Shown here one piece after another: positions 56,292 to 64,000 of a stretch of DNA of 64,000 nt. The first letter of the stretch is position 1. The number at the start of each line of letters is the position of its first letter. The DNA is taken from positions 72,299-136,298 of the forward strand of contig JAGAKI010000079.1 in the NCBI GenBank assembly GCA_017625695.1. The letters are read 5' to 3'. A program made the position numbers and the translations under genes. The notes beneath the pieces are model-generated. The model saw nothing but the letters and a program-made list of their open reading frames with translations, made no database searches and was not told the origin of the DNA. This DNA comes from Clostridia bacterium. Its GTDB lineage: Bacteria; Bacillota; Clostridia; UMGS1840.

Positions 56292-57464
56292 ATGGATTAC
56301 GCACAGGAAGCCTTAAAATTACACAAGGCCTTACAGGGGAAAATTGAGGTAACTCCTCTTTGCCCTTTGGAAACCAAAGATGATTTATCTATCGCATATA
56401 CTCCCGGGGTTGCCCAGCCTTGCCTGGAAATCAATAAGGATGTAAACAACGCATACGAATATACCAGAAAGGGAAACCTGGTTGCGGTAGTGACCGACGG
56501 TACTGCTGTCTTGGGATTGGGCGACATCGGTCCCGAAGCAGGGATGCCCGTTATGGAAGGAAAAGCCGTATTGTTCAAACATTTCGGCGGTGTTGATGCT
56601 GTGCCGATTTGTCTGGCGACCAAAGACGTGGACAAAATTGTGGAAACCGTTAAAATGATTGCTCCCACCTTCGGCGGCATCAACTTGGAAGACATTTCCG
56701 GTCCCCGTTGCTTTGAAATTGAACGCAGATTGAAAAAAGAACTGGACATTCCCGTATTCCACGATGACCAGCACGGTACTGCAGTGGTTTGTCTGGCAGC
56801 GGTGTTGAACGCTGTGAAATTAGTGAACAAAAAAATCGAAGATCTGGTAGTTGTCATCAATGGCGCAGGTGCTGCCGGGGTTGCCATCGGCAAACTGCTG
56901 TTATCCTCCGGCGTGAAAGATGTTATTATGTGTAACTCCAAAGGAGTTATCTATGAAGGGAAAGAAGGCTTAAACTCCGAAATTGTAGAAGTTGCCAAAA
57001 TCACCAATAAAGAAAAGAAACAGGGAACCTTAGCAGATGTTGCCAAAGGTGCCGACGTATTGGTTGGTGTTTCGGTTGCCGGTGCCTTCACCGAAGAAAT
57101 GATCCAATCCATGAACCGTGATCCCATCATTTTGGCAATGGCAAATCCCACTCCTGAAATCTTCCCCGAAGATGCCTTAAAAGCAGGTGCCGCAGTCATG
57201 GGTACCGGAAGATCTGACTTCGCAAATCAGATTAATAACGTACTGGCATTCCCCGGAATCTTCCGCGGCGCTTTGGACGTAAGAGCATCCGACATTAACG
57301 ACGAAATGAAGATTGCCGCTTCCAAAGCCATCGCAAGCTTGGTTTCCGACGAGGAATTAACCTCCGACTATATCATCCCTGCTCCCTTTGACCCCCGTGT
57401 GGCAGAAACCGTAGCCAAAGCAGTGGCACAAGCCGCACGAGATACCGGCGTAGCAAGAATATAG
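56292..57464 (+). CDS. NAD(P)-dependent malic enzyme (short form)
   Basis: YTPGVA, DGTAVLGLGDIG and GAGAAG motifs. Confidence 0.92.
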   Translation: MDYAQEALKLHKALQGKIEVTPLCPLETKDDLSIAYTPGVAQPCLEINKDVNNAYEYTRKGNLVAVVTDGTAVLGLGDIGPEAGMPVMEGKAVLFKHFGGVDAVPICLATKDVDKIVETVKMIAPTFGGINLEDISGPRCFEIERRLKKELDIPVFHDDQHGTAVVCLAAVLNAVKLVNKKIEDLVVVINGAGAAGVAIGKLLLSSGVKDVIMCNSKGVIYEGKEGLNSEIVEVAKITNKEKKQGTLADVAKGADVLVGVSVAGAFTEEMIQSMNRDPIILAMANPTPEIFPEDALKAGAAVMGTGRSDFANQINNVLAFPGIFRGALDVRASDINDEMKIAASKAIASLVSDEELTSDYIIPAPFDPRVAETVAKAVAQAARDTGVARI

Positions 57465-57610
57465 ACGGCTTGAAAAATGGCGTATAATCCGTAAACCTCA
57501 TCGCTCGGCGTACAGCGCTTATGCCGTGCACAGTACTACGCGTTCGGAAAGAGGAAACCGTTGGTTTTCTTTCGATGTTCCGATTCTGGATTTCTTGCAA
57601 CACTTGATCT

Positions 57611-57656
57611 AAAAAAAGACGAAATTCAAATTTTTACATTTGAATTTCGTCTTTTT
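57611..57656. terminator. bidirectional terminator module (family copy 3)
   Basis: A7-GACGAAATTCAAA-8 nt-TTTGAATTTCGTC-T5, between the convergent malic enzyme gene and cysK. Confidence 0.85.
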
Positions 57657-57666
57657 CATTGTACCA

Positions 57667-58596
57667 TTATTCTTCAAACAGCGGTGTGGAGAAATACCGT
57701 TCTGCCGTATCGGGAAGCACAGTCACCACCGTTTTTCCTTTGCCCAGTTTTTTTGCCAGCTTGATTGCCGCCGCTACATTGGTACCGGAGGAAATTCCGC
57801 ACATAATGCCTTCTTTGGAGGCAAGGTCTTTGGAGGTCTGGATTGCTTCTTCGTCTTTTACGATACAGATATCATCATAAATATTCTGATTTAAAATAGC
57901 GGGAATCAGACCGTCGCCAATGCCCATCTGCAAATGGGTGCCGATGGAACCGCCCGACAGAATTGCCGCATCTTCCGGCTCCACTGCCCAGATGGTCATT
58001 TGTGGATTTTTTTCTTTTAACGTTTCTCCGATGCCGGTGATGGTACCGCCGGTACCAATGCCCGAACAGAATCCGTGAATGGGACCGTCCACCTGTTCTA
58101 AAATTTCCATGCCGGTACGTTTTCTCTGGATTTCCACGTTAGCGGGATTTTCAAACTGCTGGGGAACAAATACGTTGGGATCCTCATTTTGCATCCGGAG
58201 TGCAGTTTTTAAACATTCGTCAATACAGTCGCCGATGTTGCCTGCATCGTGAATCAGGATGACTTCCGCACCGTAGTGTTTTACCAGCTTTCTGCGTTCT
58301 TCGCTGACGGAGTCCGGCATAATAATTTTGGTTTTGTAGCCTCTGACTGCCCCTACCAGAGCAAGACCGATACCCTGATTTCCACTGGTAGGCTCTACAA
58401 TTACAGTGTTTTCGTTGATGAGACCTTTTTGCTCAGCATCTAAAATCATATTGTATGCAGTCCGGGTTTTGATGGAGCCGCCGACATTGAGGCCCTCAAA
58501 TTTTACCAGGATTTCCGCAGAATCCTCATCTACCATGCGGGACAGACGGATGAGCGGTGTATTCCCGATGGCTTCTAATACATTGTTATATATCAT
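57667..58596 (-). CDS. cysK: cysteine synthase A (O-acetylserine sulfhydrylase)
   Basis: GNTPLIRL, PLP-Lys region GGSIKTR, GTGGT loop. Start MIYNNVLEAIG at 58596. Confidence 0.93.
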   Translation of the reverse strand: MIYNNVLEAIGNTPLIRLSRMVDEDSAEILVKFEGLNVGGSIKTRTAYNMILDAEQKGLINENTVIVEPTSGNQGIGLALVGAVRGYKTKIIMPDSVSEERRKLVKHYGAEVILIHDAGNIGDCIDECLKTALRMQNEDPNVFVPQQFENPANVEIQRKRTGMEILEQVDGPIHGFCSGIGTGGTITGIGETLKEKNPQMTIWAVEPEDAAILSGGSIGTHLQMGIGDGLIPAILNQNIYDDICIVKDEEAIQTSKDLASKEGIMCGISSGTNVAAAIKLAKKLGKGKTVVTVLPDTAERYFSTPLFEE

Positions 58597-58817
58597 GGAA
58601 GATTGTTCCTTTCCAAAAATTTCTAAAACAAGAACCATTGTACCATACTTTTTCCTGTTTTTCAATCTTTTTTGAAATATTTTATGAAAAAACTATCCAT
58701 TTTGTGAAAAAAAGTGTCCGATTCAAATTGACTCCCACCAAACTTTATGCTATACTGAGAAAGCACATCCTGGGAACTTCTGACATCAGAGAAACAAGAA
58801 AAAGGAGAGTCTTTACG

Positions 58818-59462
58818 ATGACTGACTTTATCCATATCATGGAAATTATCGGCACCGTTGCCTTTGCCGTTTCCGGAGCCTTGGTTGCCATTGGTTCCAA
58901 TTTAGATATCTTCGGCGTGGTTTTTGTGTCTTGTATTACAGCAGTCGGCGGCGGAATCCTGCGGGATATGCTGTTGGGGGTTCATCCGCCCTATATTTTT
59001 GTAAATTACCATTTGTGTATTGTCGCCATGACGGTAGCAATCGTAGTATTTATCATTGCTTATTTTAAACGCAGGGAATTCCGGCAGTTTCGTCTGTTTA
59101 TTGAAAGCGTCAATAATATTTTTGACGCTTTCGGACTGGCGGCATTCACCGTGACGGGTGCGGAGGTAGCCTACACCGTTGGATATGGAGAGAACGCCTT
59201 CATCGTCATTGCCATCGGTATGATTACGGGGGTAGGCGGCGGTATTTTCCGTGATGTTTTTATCAATAAAACTCCCTATGTCTTAAAAAAGCACGTCTAT
59301 GCGATGGCAAGTGTTTTAGGCGGCGTGTTGTTTTACTTCTGCAAAAAAGGAAATCTTGCGGAAGGCTGGAGCATTGCCTTGCCCGTTGCACTGGTGGTAG
59401 CCATTCGTATTGTGGCAACCGAACGTCAATGGAGCTTGCCGAAAATTCAGATTGAAGAGTAA
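58818..59462 (+). CDS. UPF0126/TRIC-type membrane channel protein
   Basis: Duplicated GGGILRD/GGGIFRD motifs. Start MTDFIHIM follows an AAAGGAG RBS. A TTGACT-17-TATACT promoter lies upstream. Confidence 0.8.
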   Translation: MTDFIHIMEIIGTVAFAVSGALVAIGSNLDIFGVVFVSCITAVGGGILRDMLLGVHPPYIFVNYHLCIVAMTVAIVVFIIAYFKRREFRQFRLFIESVNNIFDAFGLAAFTVTGAEVAYTVGYGENAFIVIAIGMITGVGGGIFRDVFINKTPYVLKKHVYAMASVLGGVLFYFCKKGNLAEGWSIALPVALVVAIRIVATERQWSLPKIQIEE

Positions 59463-59499
59463 CCAACTATCAAAAAAATCCATTACAGAAGGAAATCCA

Positions 59500-60936
59500 A
59501 TGAAAAAATTAATTGCAGTATTCGTTCTCACAGTATATGTAACTTTGGCGTTTGGTATGCCGGTATCAGCAGCAGTCAACTTTTCCATTACGATGGCAAT
59601 CAACGAGGAAGTTGTGCTGACAGACGGAATCCCTTCCCAAATTACCCCACCCATTCTGGTGGCAGATAAAACTTATGTAGATTTATATGCCGTGGCACCG
59701 CTCATCGGGATGGATGTGTGCTGGATGGCGGAAGATAATGGCTATTTTCAGGTCCGGGGAAACGGTTTGATTGTAGACTTCACACGGATTTCCCAATGGG
59801 ACGAGCTGATTCGGATTCCCTATAAATTTTTTGTCAAAGATAGTAAAATTTTTGTATCCTTGGCAGAACTTGCGGAATTGGCGGGATATCCTGTCAGTTA
59901 TACCAACGGACTGATTGTTCTTGGTGCTCCCAACCATTACTATCATGAAGCTTACGTGGAGGTTGATACCTCACCCTGTAACGATTATGTGTATGCCAAC
60001 TATCCCGTCTGGGCGGAATATGTAGTCAATCCCTATCAGGAATACAGCTACGAAACCATGCAAAATGATATCGCACGGTTGCAAACCATGTATCCCGACT
60101 TAATCAAAACCTCTTCTATCGGACAGTCGGTGGAAGGCAGAGAGTTAACCCTGATTGAATTCGGTCGGGGACCCCATCGGATTTTTGTTTGCGGAACTCA
60201 TCATGCCAGGGAATACATTTCCACGACCTATCTGCTGTATGCCATTGACCGGTATGCCTATGCCTACCGTACCAACAGTATGTGGGGAAAATATTCTCCC
60301 AAAGAAATTTTAGATTACGTTACTTTCTGTGTGGTTCCTATGGTGAATCCCGACGGGGTGAATCTGGTACAAAACGGCATCGGTGCAACCCAATTCCCCG
60401 ATGAACTTGCCAATATGAAACTCTATGAGGGTGCAAAATACGGCTATTCCGCCTGGAAAGCCAATATCCGCGGGGTGGATTTAAACTGGAATTATGATAA
60501 AGACTGGCTCCTTTCCAGAAACCGAAATCCCAGAGGCTCCGTAGGCTTTAACGGAGACCACCCCTACAGTGAACCGGAAACCATTGCCGTTACTGATTAT
60601 GTGGACAGCCACCCCTTCGATGCCTATTTGTCGTTCCATACCCAGGGAAAGCTTTTCTATTGGGGAGAAGACCACGAAAACCCCACTTACATCAATCAAC
60701 TATTGAAAAAGGATACCGGTTTTAGCGAAATTACCGACCCCGGAGCAGGTCCCGGCGGCTCTTTTTTTGACTATGTCTACCGGAACTATCACAAGCCGAC
60801 CATTACAGTAGAGTTATGTCCCTATGTAGGGAATTTTCCCTACCCCAACAGTGATTTTGACACCGTATGGAAGCCTGCAAAAAATATTCTGCTTTTGGTT
60901 GCCAACGAAATATTGTATCAGAAATTCACACACTAA
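59500..60936 (+). CDS. secreted M14-family zinc carboxypeptidase (gamma-D-glutamyl-diamino acid peptidase-like)
   Basis: Signal peptide, an N-terminal stalk-like domain resembling copper amine oxidase, then HHAREYIS ... HTQG zinc ligands. Confidence 0.8.
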   Translation: MKKLIAVFVLTVYVTLAFGMPVSAAVNFSITMAINEEVVLTDGIPSQITPPILVADKTYVDLYAVAPLIGMDVCWMAEDNGYFQVRGNGLIVDFTRISQWDELIRIPYKFFVKDSKIFVSLAELAELAGYPVSYTNGLIVLGAPNHYYHEAYVEVDTSPCNDYVYANYPVWAEYVVNPYQEYSYETMQNDIARLQTMYPDLIKTSSIGQSVEGRELTLIEFGRGPHRIFVCGTHHAREYISTTYLLYAIDRYAYAYRTNSMWGKYSPKEILDYVTFCVVPMVNPDGVNLVQNGIGATQFPDELANMKLYEGAKYGYSAWKANIRGVDLNWNYDKDWLLSRNRNPRGSVGFNGDHPYSEPETIAVTDYVDSHPFDAYLSFHTQGKLFYWGEDHENPTYINQLLKKDTGFSEITDPGAGPGGSFFDYVYRNYHKPTITVELCPYVGNFPYPNSDFDTVWKPAKNILLLVANEILYQKFTH

Positions 60937-60996
60937 CAAAAAAGGGCGTGTCTCAATCAGTGATTTTTCACTAAATTGAGGCAACGCCCTCTTTTA

Positions 60997-61878
60997 TTAG
61001 TGATGGTGATGATGACAACAAGGTGCCGAAGCATCGGTGGTACAGATTCTTTCGTGACAATGCTCCCCGGGCGTTTCCAATTCCAGCGTTACGTGGGCAA
61101 TCCCGTGATGATGAAGGGTTTCTCTGACTGCGTTTTTCATCACTTCGGGAGCTTCGTTTGTTACCAGATGCAAGGTGGCGTAATGGGTGATGCCATCCAT
61201 ACTCCAAAGGTGGATATGATGTACGTCAATCACTCCGTCATTTTCCAATATCAACGACTCCAACTGTTTTACAGATTGTTGACGGGGTGTTTTTTCCAAT
61301 AAAATATCCAAAGCGTTTTTCAGATTTTTTAGGGCATTCACCAACACAAACGCTGCCACCAGAATGGATAGTATCGGGTCAACCACCCAAAATCGGGTAA
61401 CTTTTATCACAATCGCACCCAAAAGAACTGCAATCCATCCCAACACATCCTCCAGCATATGCAGATTGACTGCCTTTTGATTGACCGAATGTCCGCCATG
61501 GGTCACATAAGCGGCACAAAAGTTTACCACAACGCCTACCACAGCAAACAGTATCATAGAATCATAGTGAACTTCTTTTGGAGTAAGAATTCTGCCTACC
61601 GCATGGGAAATCACCGTAACCGAACCCGCCAACAGCACCAATGTGGTAAACAGTCCTGCCAATACGGAATACCGGCGGTAGCCGTAAGTATATACGTCAT
61701 CCGGCTGACGGTTGCTCTTTTTCTCCAATAACCAGGAAATGCCAATGGTGATGGCATCTCCAAGGTCGTGAATGGCATCCGAGGCAATGGAAATACTGCC
61801 GGTAATAAAACTGCCTGCCAGTTCAAAGACCGAAAAGAATCCATTTAATAAAAACGCCAGAAACATCTTGTTTGCCAT
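60997..61878 (-). CDS. cation diffusion facilitator (CDF) metal efflux transporter
   Basis: 6 TM with HDLGD and HMLED motifs and a C-terminal CCHHHHH tail. Start MANKMF follows a GGAGGA RBS. Confidence 0.88.
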   Translation of the reverse strand: MANKMFLAFLLNGFFSVFELAGSFITGSISIASDAIHDLGDAITIGISWLLEKKSNRQPDDVYTYGYRRYSVLAGLFTTLVLLAGSVTVISHAVGRILTPKEVHYDSMILFAVVGVVVNFCAAYVTHGGHSVNQKAVNLHMLEDVLGWIAVLLGAIVIKVTRFWVVDPILSILVAAFVLVNALKNLKNALDILLEKTPRQQSVKQLESLILENDGVIDVHHIHLWSMDGITHYATLHLVTNEAPEVMKNAVRETLHHHGIAHVTLELETPGEHCHERICTTDASAPCCHHHHH

Positions 61879-62044
61879 TATCATTTCCTCCATTGACTTT
61901 TCAAACAAACTATGGTACAATTCATTCCATACAAAACAATTTGTTCTATAAATAGAATATGCCCGTTGTTTCAAAAAATCAACAGGCAAGATGATTTTTC
62001 TATCCGATACCGAACAAATCAGAAAAAATGTATGGAGAACTTTT

Positions 62045-62596
62045 ATGGATAGACGACAAAGAAAAACCAGAGCTGCAATTTTTCAGGCATTTACCGAACT
62101 TCTGTCGGAAAAAAGCTTTGACAAAATGACCGTAGAAGAAATTATCAAACGTGCCGATGTGGGACGTGCCACCTTTTATGCCCATTTTGAAACCAGGGAA
62201 TACTTGTTAAAAGAACTCTGCCACGAACTGTTCTGTCATATTTTTGATGCAGTTTCTCCCACCCCTTCCGACCATCGGCATATTTTTGCTTGCGAGGAAC
62301 ACGACTCGGTATTTTTGCATCTGATCAAACATCTGGAAAAGAACGATAACCATGTCTTAAAATTATTTGCCGGGAAAAACAATGAGCTGTTTTTAGGATA
62401 CTTTAAACGGGGACTTCGGGAACTTGTGAAAGCCAATCTTTCCATGTTTGCCCGGCGAAAAAGCGACTTTCTGCCCGAAGATTTATGGATTACTCATATC
62501 ACATCTACCTTTGTGGAAACCATCCGCTGGTGGATTGACAACGGCAAACAGGAGTCTGCTGAATCGGTGGCGGAGTATTTTTTCGGATTGGTATAA
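62045..62596 (+). CDS. TetR-family transcriptional regulator
   Basis: N-terminal HTH (TVEEIIKRADVGRATFYAHF). Divergent from the CDF gene. Confidence 0.85.
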   Translation: MDRRQRKTRAAIFQAFTELLSEKSFDKMTVEEIIKRADVGRATFYAHFETREYLLKELCHELFCHIFDAVSPTPSDHRHIFACEEHDSVFLHLIKHLEKNDNHVLKLFAGKNNELFLGYFKRGLRELVKANLSMFARRKSDFLPEDLWITHITSTFVETIRWWIDNGKQESAESVAEYFFGLV

Positions 62597-62727
62597 CATC
62601 CGGTGTTTTGTTTACGAAAGCGATGATATACGCTCTTTTTTTGGAAAACTATTGTACTTTTCAAAAAAGTGTGCTACAATATTTTTACTTATCAGAAATT
62701 GATGGAAAAACTGCAAGAGGTGCCGTT

Positions 62728-63423
62728 ATGGATATTGTAAAACAGCTGTTTTCGATGCAGGACCCTGCCTATCGGGCGTTTCACAGTCGGTTGATGCCCA
62801 CTGTGCCCCGGGAGAATGTAATTGGAGTACGCACCCCAATCCTCCGGGCATTTTCCAAAGAGTTGTTCGGTACTGCGGAGGGAGAAGCGTTTTTAACCCG
62901 GCTTCCGCATCGCTACTATGAAGAAAACAATCTCCACGCCTGCCTCATCGAGAGAATCCGTGACTATGATACCTGTATGGAACAGGTGAAACGGTTTTTG
63001 CCTTATATCGACAACTGGGCAACTTGCGATATGCTGTCCCCCAAGTGTTTCCGGCAGAATTTATCCCGCCTTTTGGAGGAATGTTTTTCCTTTTTAGAAT
63101 CGGGGCATACTTATACGGTAAGATTTGGCATCAAACTGCTGATGACTTACTTTTTAGAGGAAGAATTCTCAGATCGTTACCCCCGTCGGATTTCAAACAT
63201 CCAATCAGAACAATATTATATCAATATGATGATTGCCTGGTATTTTGCCACGGCACTTGCCAAGCAATACGACCGGATTCTGCCTTATCTCACGGAGCGT
63301 AAACTATCTGCGTGGATTCACAATAAAACCATTCAGAAAGCGATAGAAAGCAGTCGGATTTCACCGGTTCAGAAAGCATATTTAAAAACGCTTCGTATTG
63401 CGATGCCAAGGAACAAATTATAG
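62728..63423 (+). CDS. DNA alkylation repair (AlkD-like HEAT-repeat) protein
   Basis: 231 aa. Helical repeat protein with a WATCD motif typical of the family. Confidence 0.7.
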   Translation: MDIVKQLFSMQDPAYRAFHSRLMPTVPRENVIGVRTPILRAFSKELFGTAEGEAFLTRLPHRYYEENNLHACLIERIRDYDTCMEQVKRFLPYIDNWATCDMLSPKCFRQNLSRLLEECFSFLESGHTYTVRFGIKLLMTYFLEEEFSDRYPRRISNIQSEQYYINMMIAWYFATALAKQYDRILPYLTERKLSAWIHNKTIQKAIESSRISPVQKAYLKTLRIAMPRNKL

Positions 63424-63436
63424 TGGAGAAAAGTTT

Positions 63437-64000
63437 ATGAAAATCATTATTGTAGGGTTGGGCAAAGTAGGACAGAAGTTGACCGAACGCTTAAGCCAAG
63501 AAGGAGAACACGATATTACCGTCATTGATACCCGCCGTGCCATTTTGCACGACGTGGTGAATTCCTATGACGTAATGGGCGTCGTGGGAAGCGGTGCAAG
63601 TATTGAAACTCTGCAGGAAGCAGGGGTTGACCATACCGATATTTTAATCGCAGTTACCGGTTCTGACGAGTTGAATCTGCTAACTTGTCTGATTGCCCGG
63701 AAGCTGAACGTTTGTAATACCATTGCCCGGGTAAGAAATCCTGAATATAAAAAAGAAGTACAGCTCTTTCAGGAAGATTTGGGTCTTGCTATGATTATCA
63801 ATCCCGAATTTACCGCAGCCAGAGAAATTGCCCGACTACTCCGGTTTCCCTCTGCAGTGCAGATAGACACCTTTGCCAAGGGAAGGGTGGAAATTTTAAA
63901 ATTCAGAATTCCCTCAGGTTCTCCCTTATGCGATTTAAAGGTAGTTGACATTGCGCAGAAATTAGGGTGCGACATCCTGGTTTGCGGAGTAGAACGCGGG
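63437..64000 (+). CDS. trkA: Trk potassium uptake protein TrkA (partial, runs off the window)
   Basis: MKIIIVGLGKVG Rossmann motif. No stop before 64000. Confidence 0.85.
   Translation, partial: MKIIIVGLGKVGQKLTERLSQEGEHDITVIDTRRAILHDVVNSYDVMGVVGSGASIETLQEAGVDHTDILIAVTGSDELNLLTCLIARKLNVCNTIARVRNPEYKKEVQLFQEDLGLAMIINPEFTAAREIARLLRFPSAVQIDTFAKGRVEILKFRIPSGSPLCDLKVVDIAQKLGCDILVCGVERG

Noticed and set aside
56297-56941. 214-aa antisense ORF inside the malic enzyme gene (and many other 60-160 aa antisense ORFs in the track)
   Set aside because: They are shadow ORFs opposite strongly supported housekeeping CDSs. No independent signals support them.

Overview
This is an origin-proximal chromosomal segment of a low-GC, spore-forming Firmicute, probably Clostridia-like. 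It carries dnaA-dnaN with flanking DnaA-box clusters, soj-spo0J with three parS sites, spoIIE, and a CIRCE-controlled hrcA-grpE-dnaK-dnaJ operon. About 90% of the window is ordinary housekeeping: aminoacyl-tRNA synthetases, tRNA and rRNA modification enzymes, murC/murD, potABCD, hisZGH, peptidases and transporters. No rRNA, tRNA, CRISPR, transposase or prophage genes were seen.

The unusual content sits in intergenic islands at 32.3-32.8, 41.5-43.1 and 48.9-50.1 kb.

1. An unannotated 83-aa protein with 10 cysteines is present in three paralogous copies. Only synonymous differences occur across the Cys-rich domain.
2. Each copy is preceded by a near-consensus promoter, a roughly 135-160 nt nested long-range helix that starts at the predicted +1, and an intrinsic terminator immediately before the RBS. 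Copies A and C differ by compensatory substitutions in these helices. This looks like an undescribed attenuator or switch.
3. Several interspersed repeat families surround these genes. One is a 27-nt palindromic REP-like hairpin (12 units at 10 loci). Another is a ~145-bp element (4 copies). There is also a G-tract/palindrome upstream module and a shared terminator module.

Other points worth a second look: a degenerate tandem-repeat array next to oriC; a second DnaA-box cluster 12 kb away that is paralogous to the dnaA promoter region; a ~390-nt structured, terminator-ended leader upstream of potA; repeat insertions that duplicate the 3' ends of genes; and a coding-strand switch that does not coincide with dnaA.

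All calls come from reading the sequence and ORF translations. No database search was possible.
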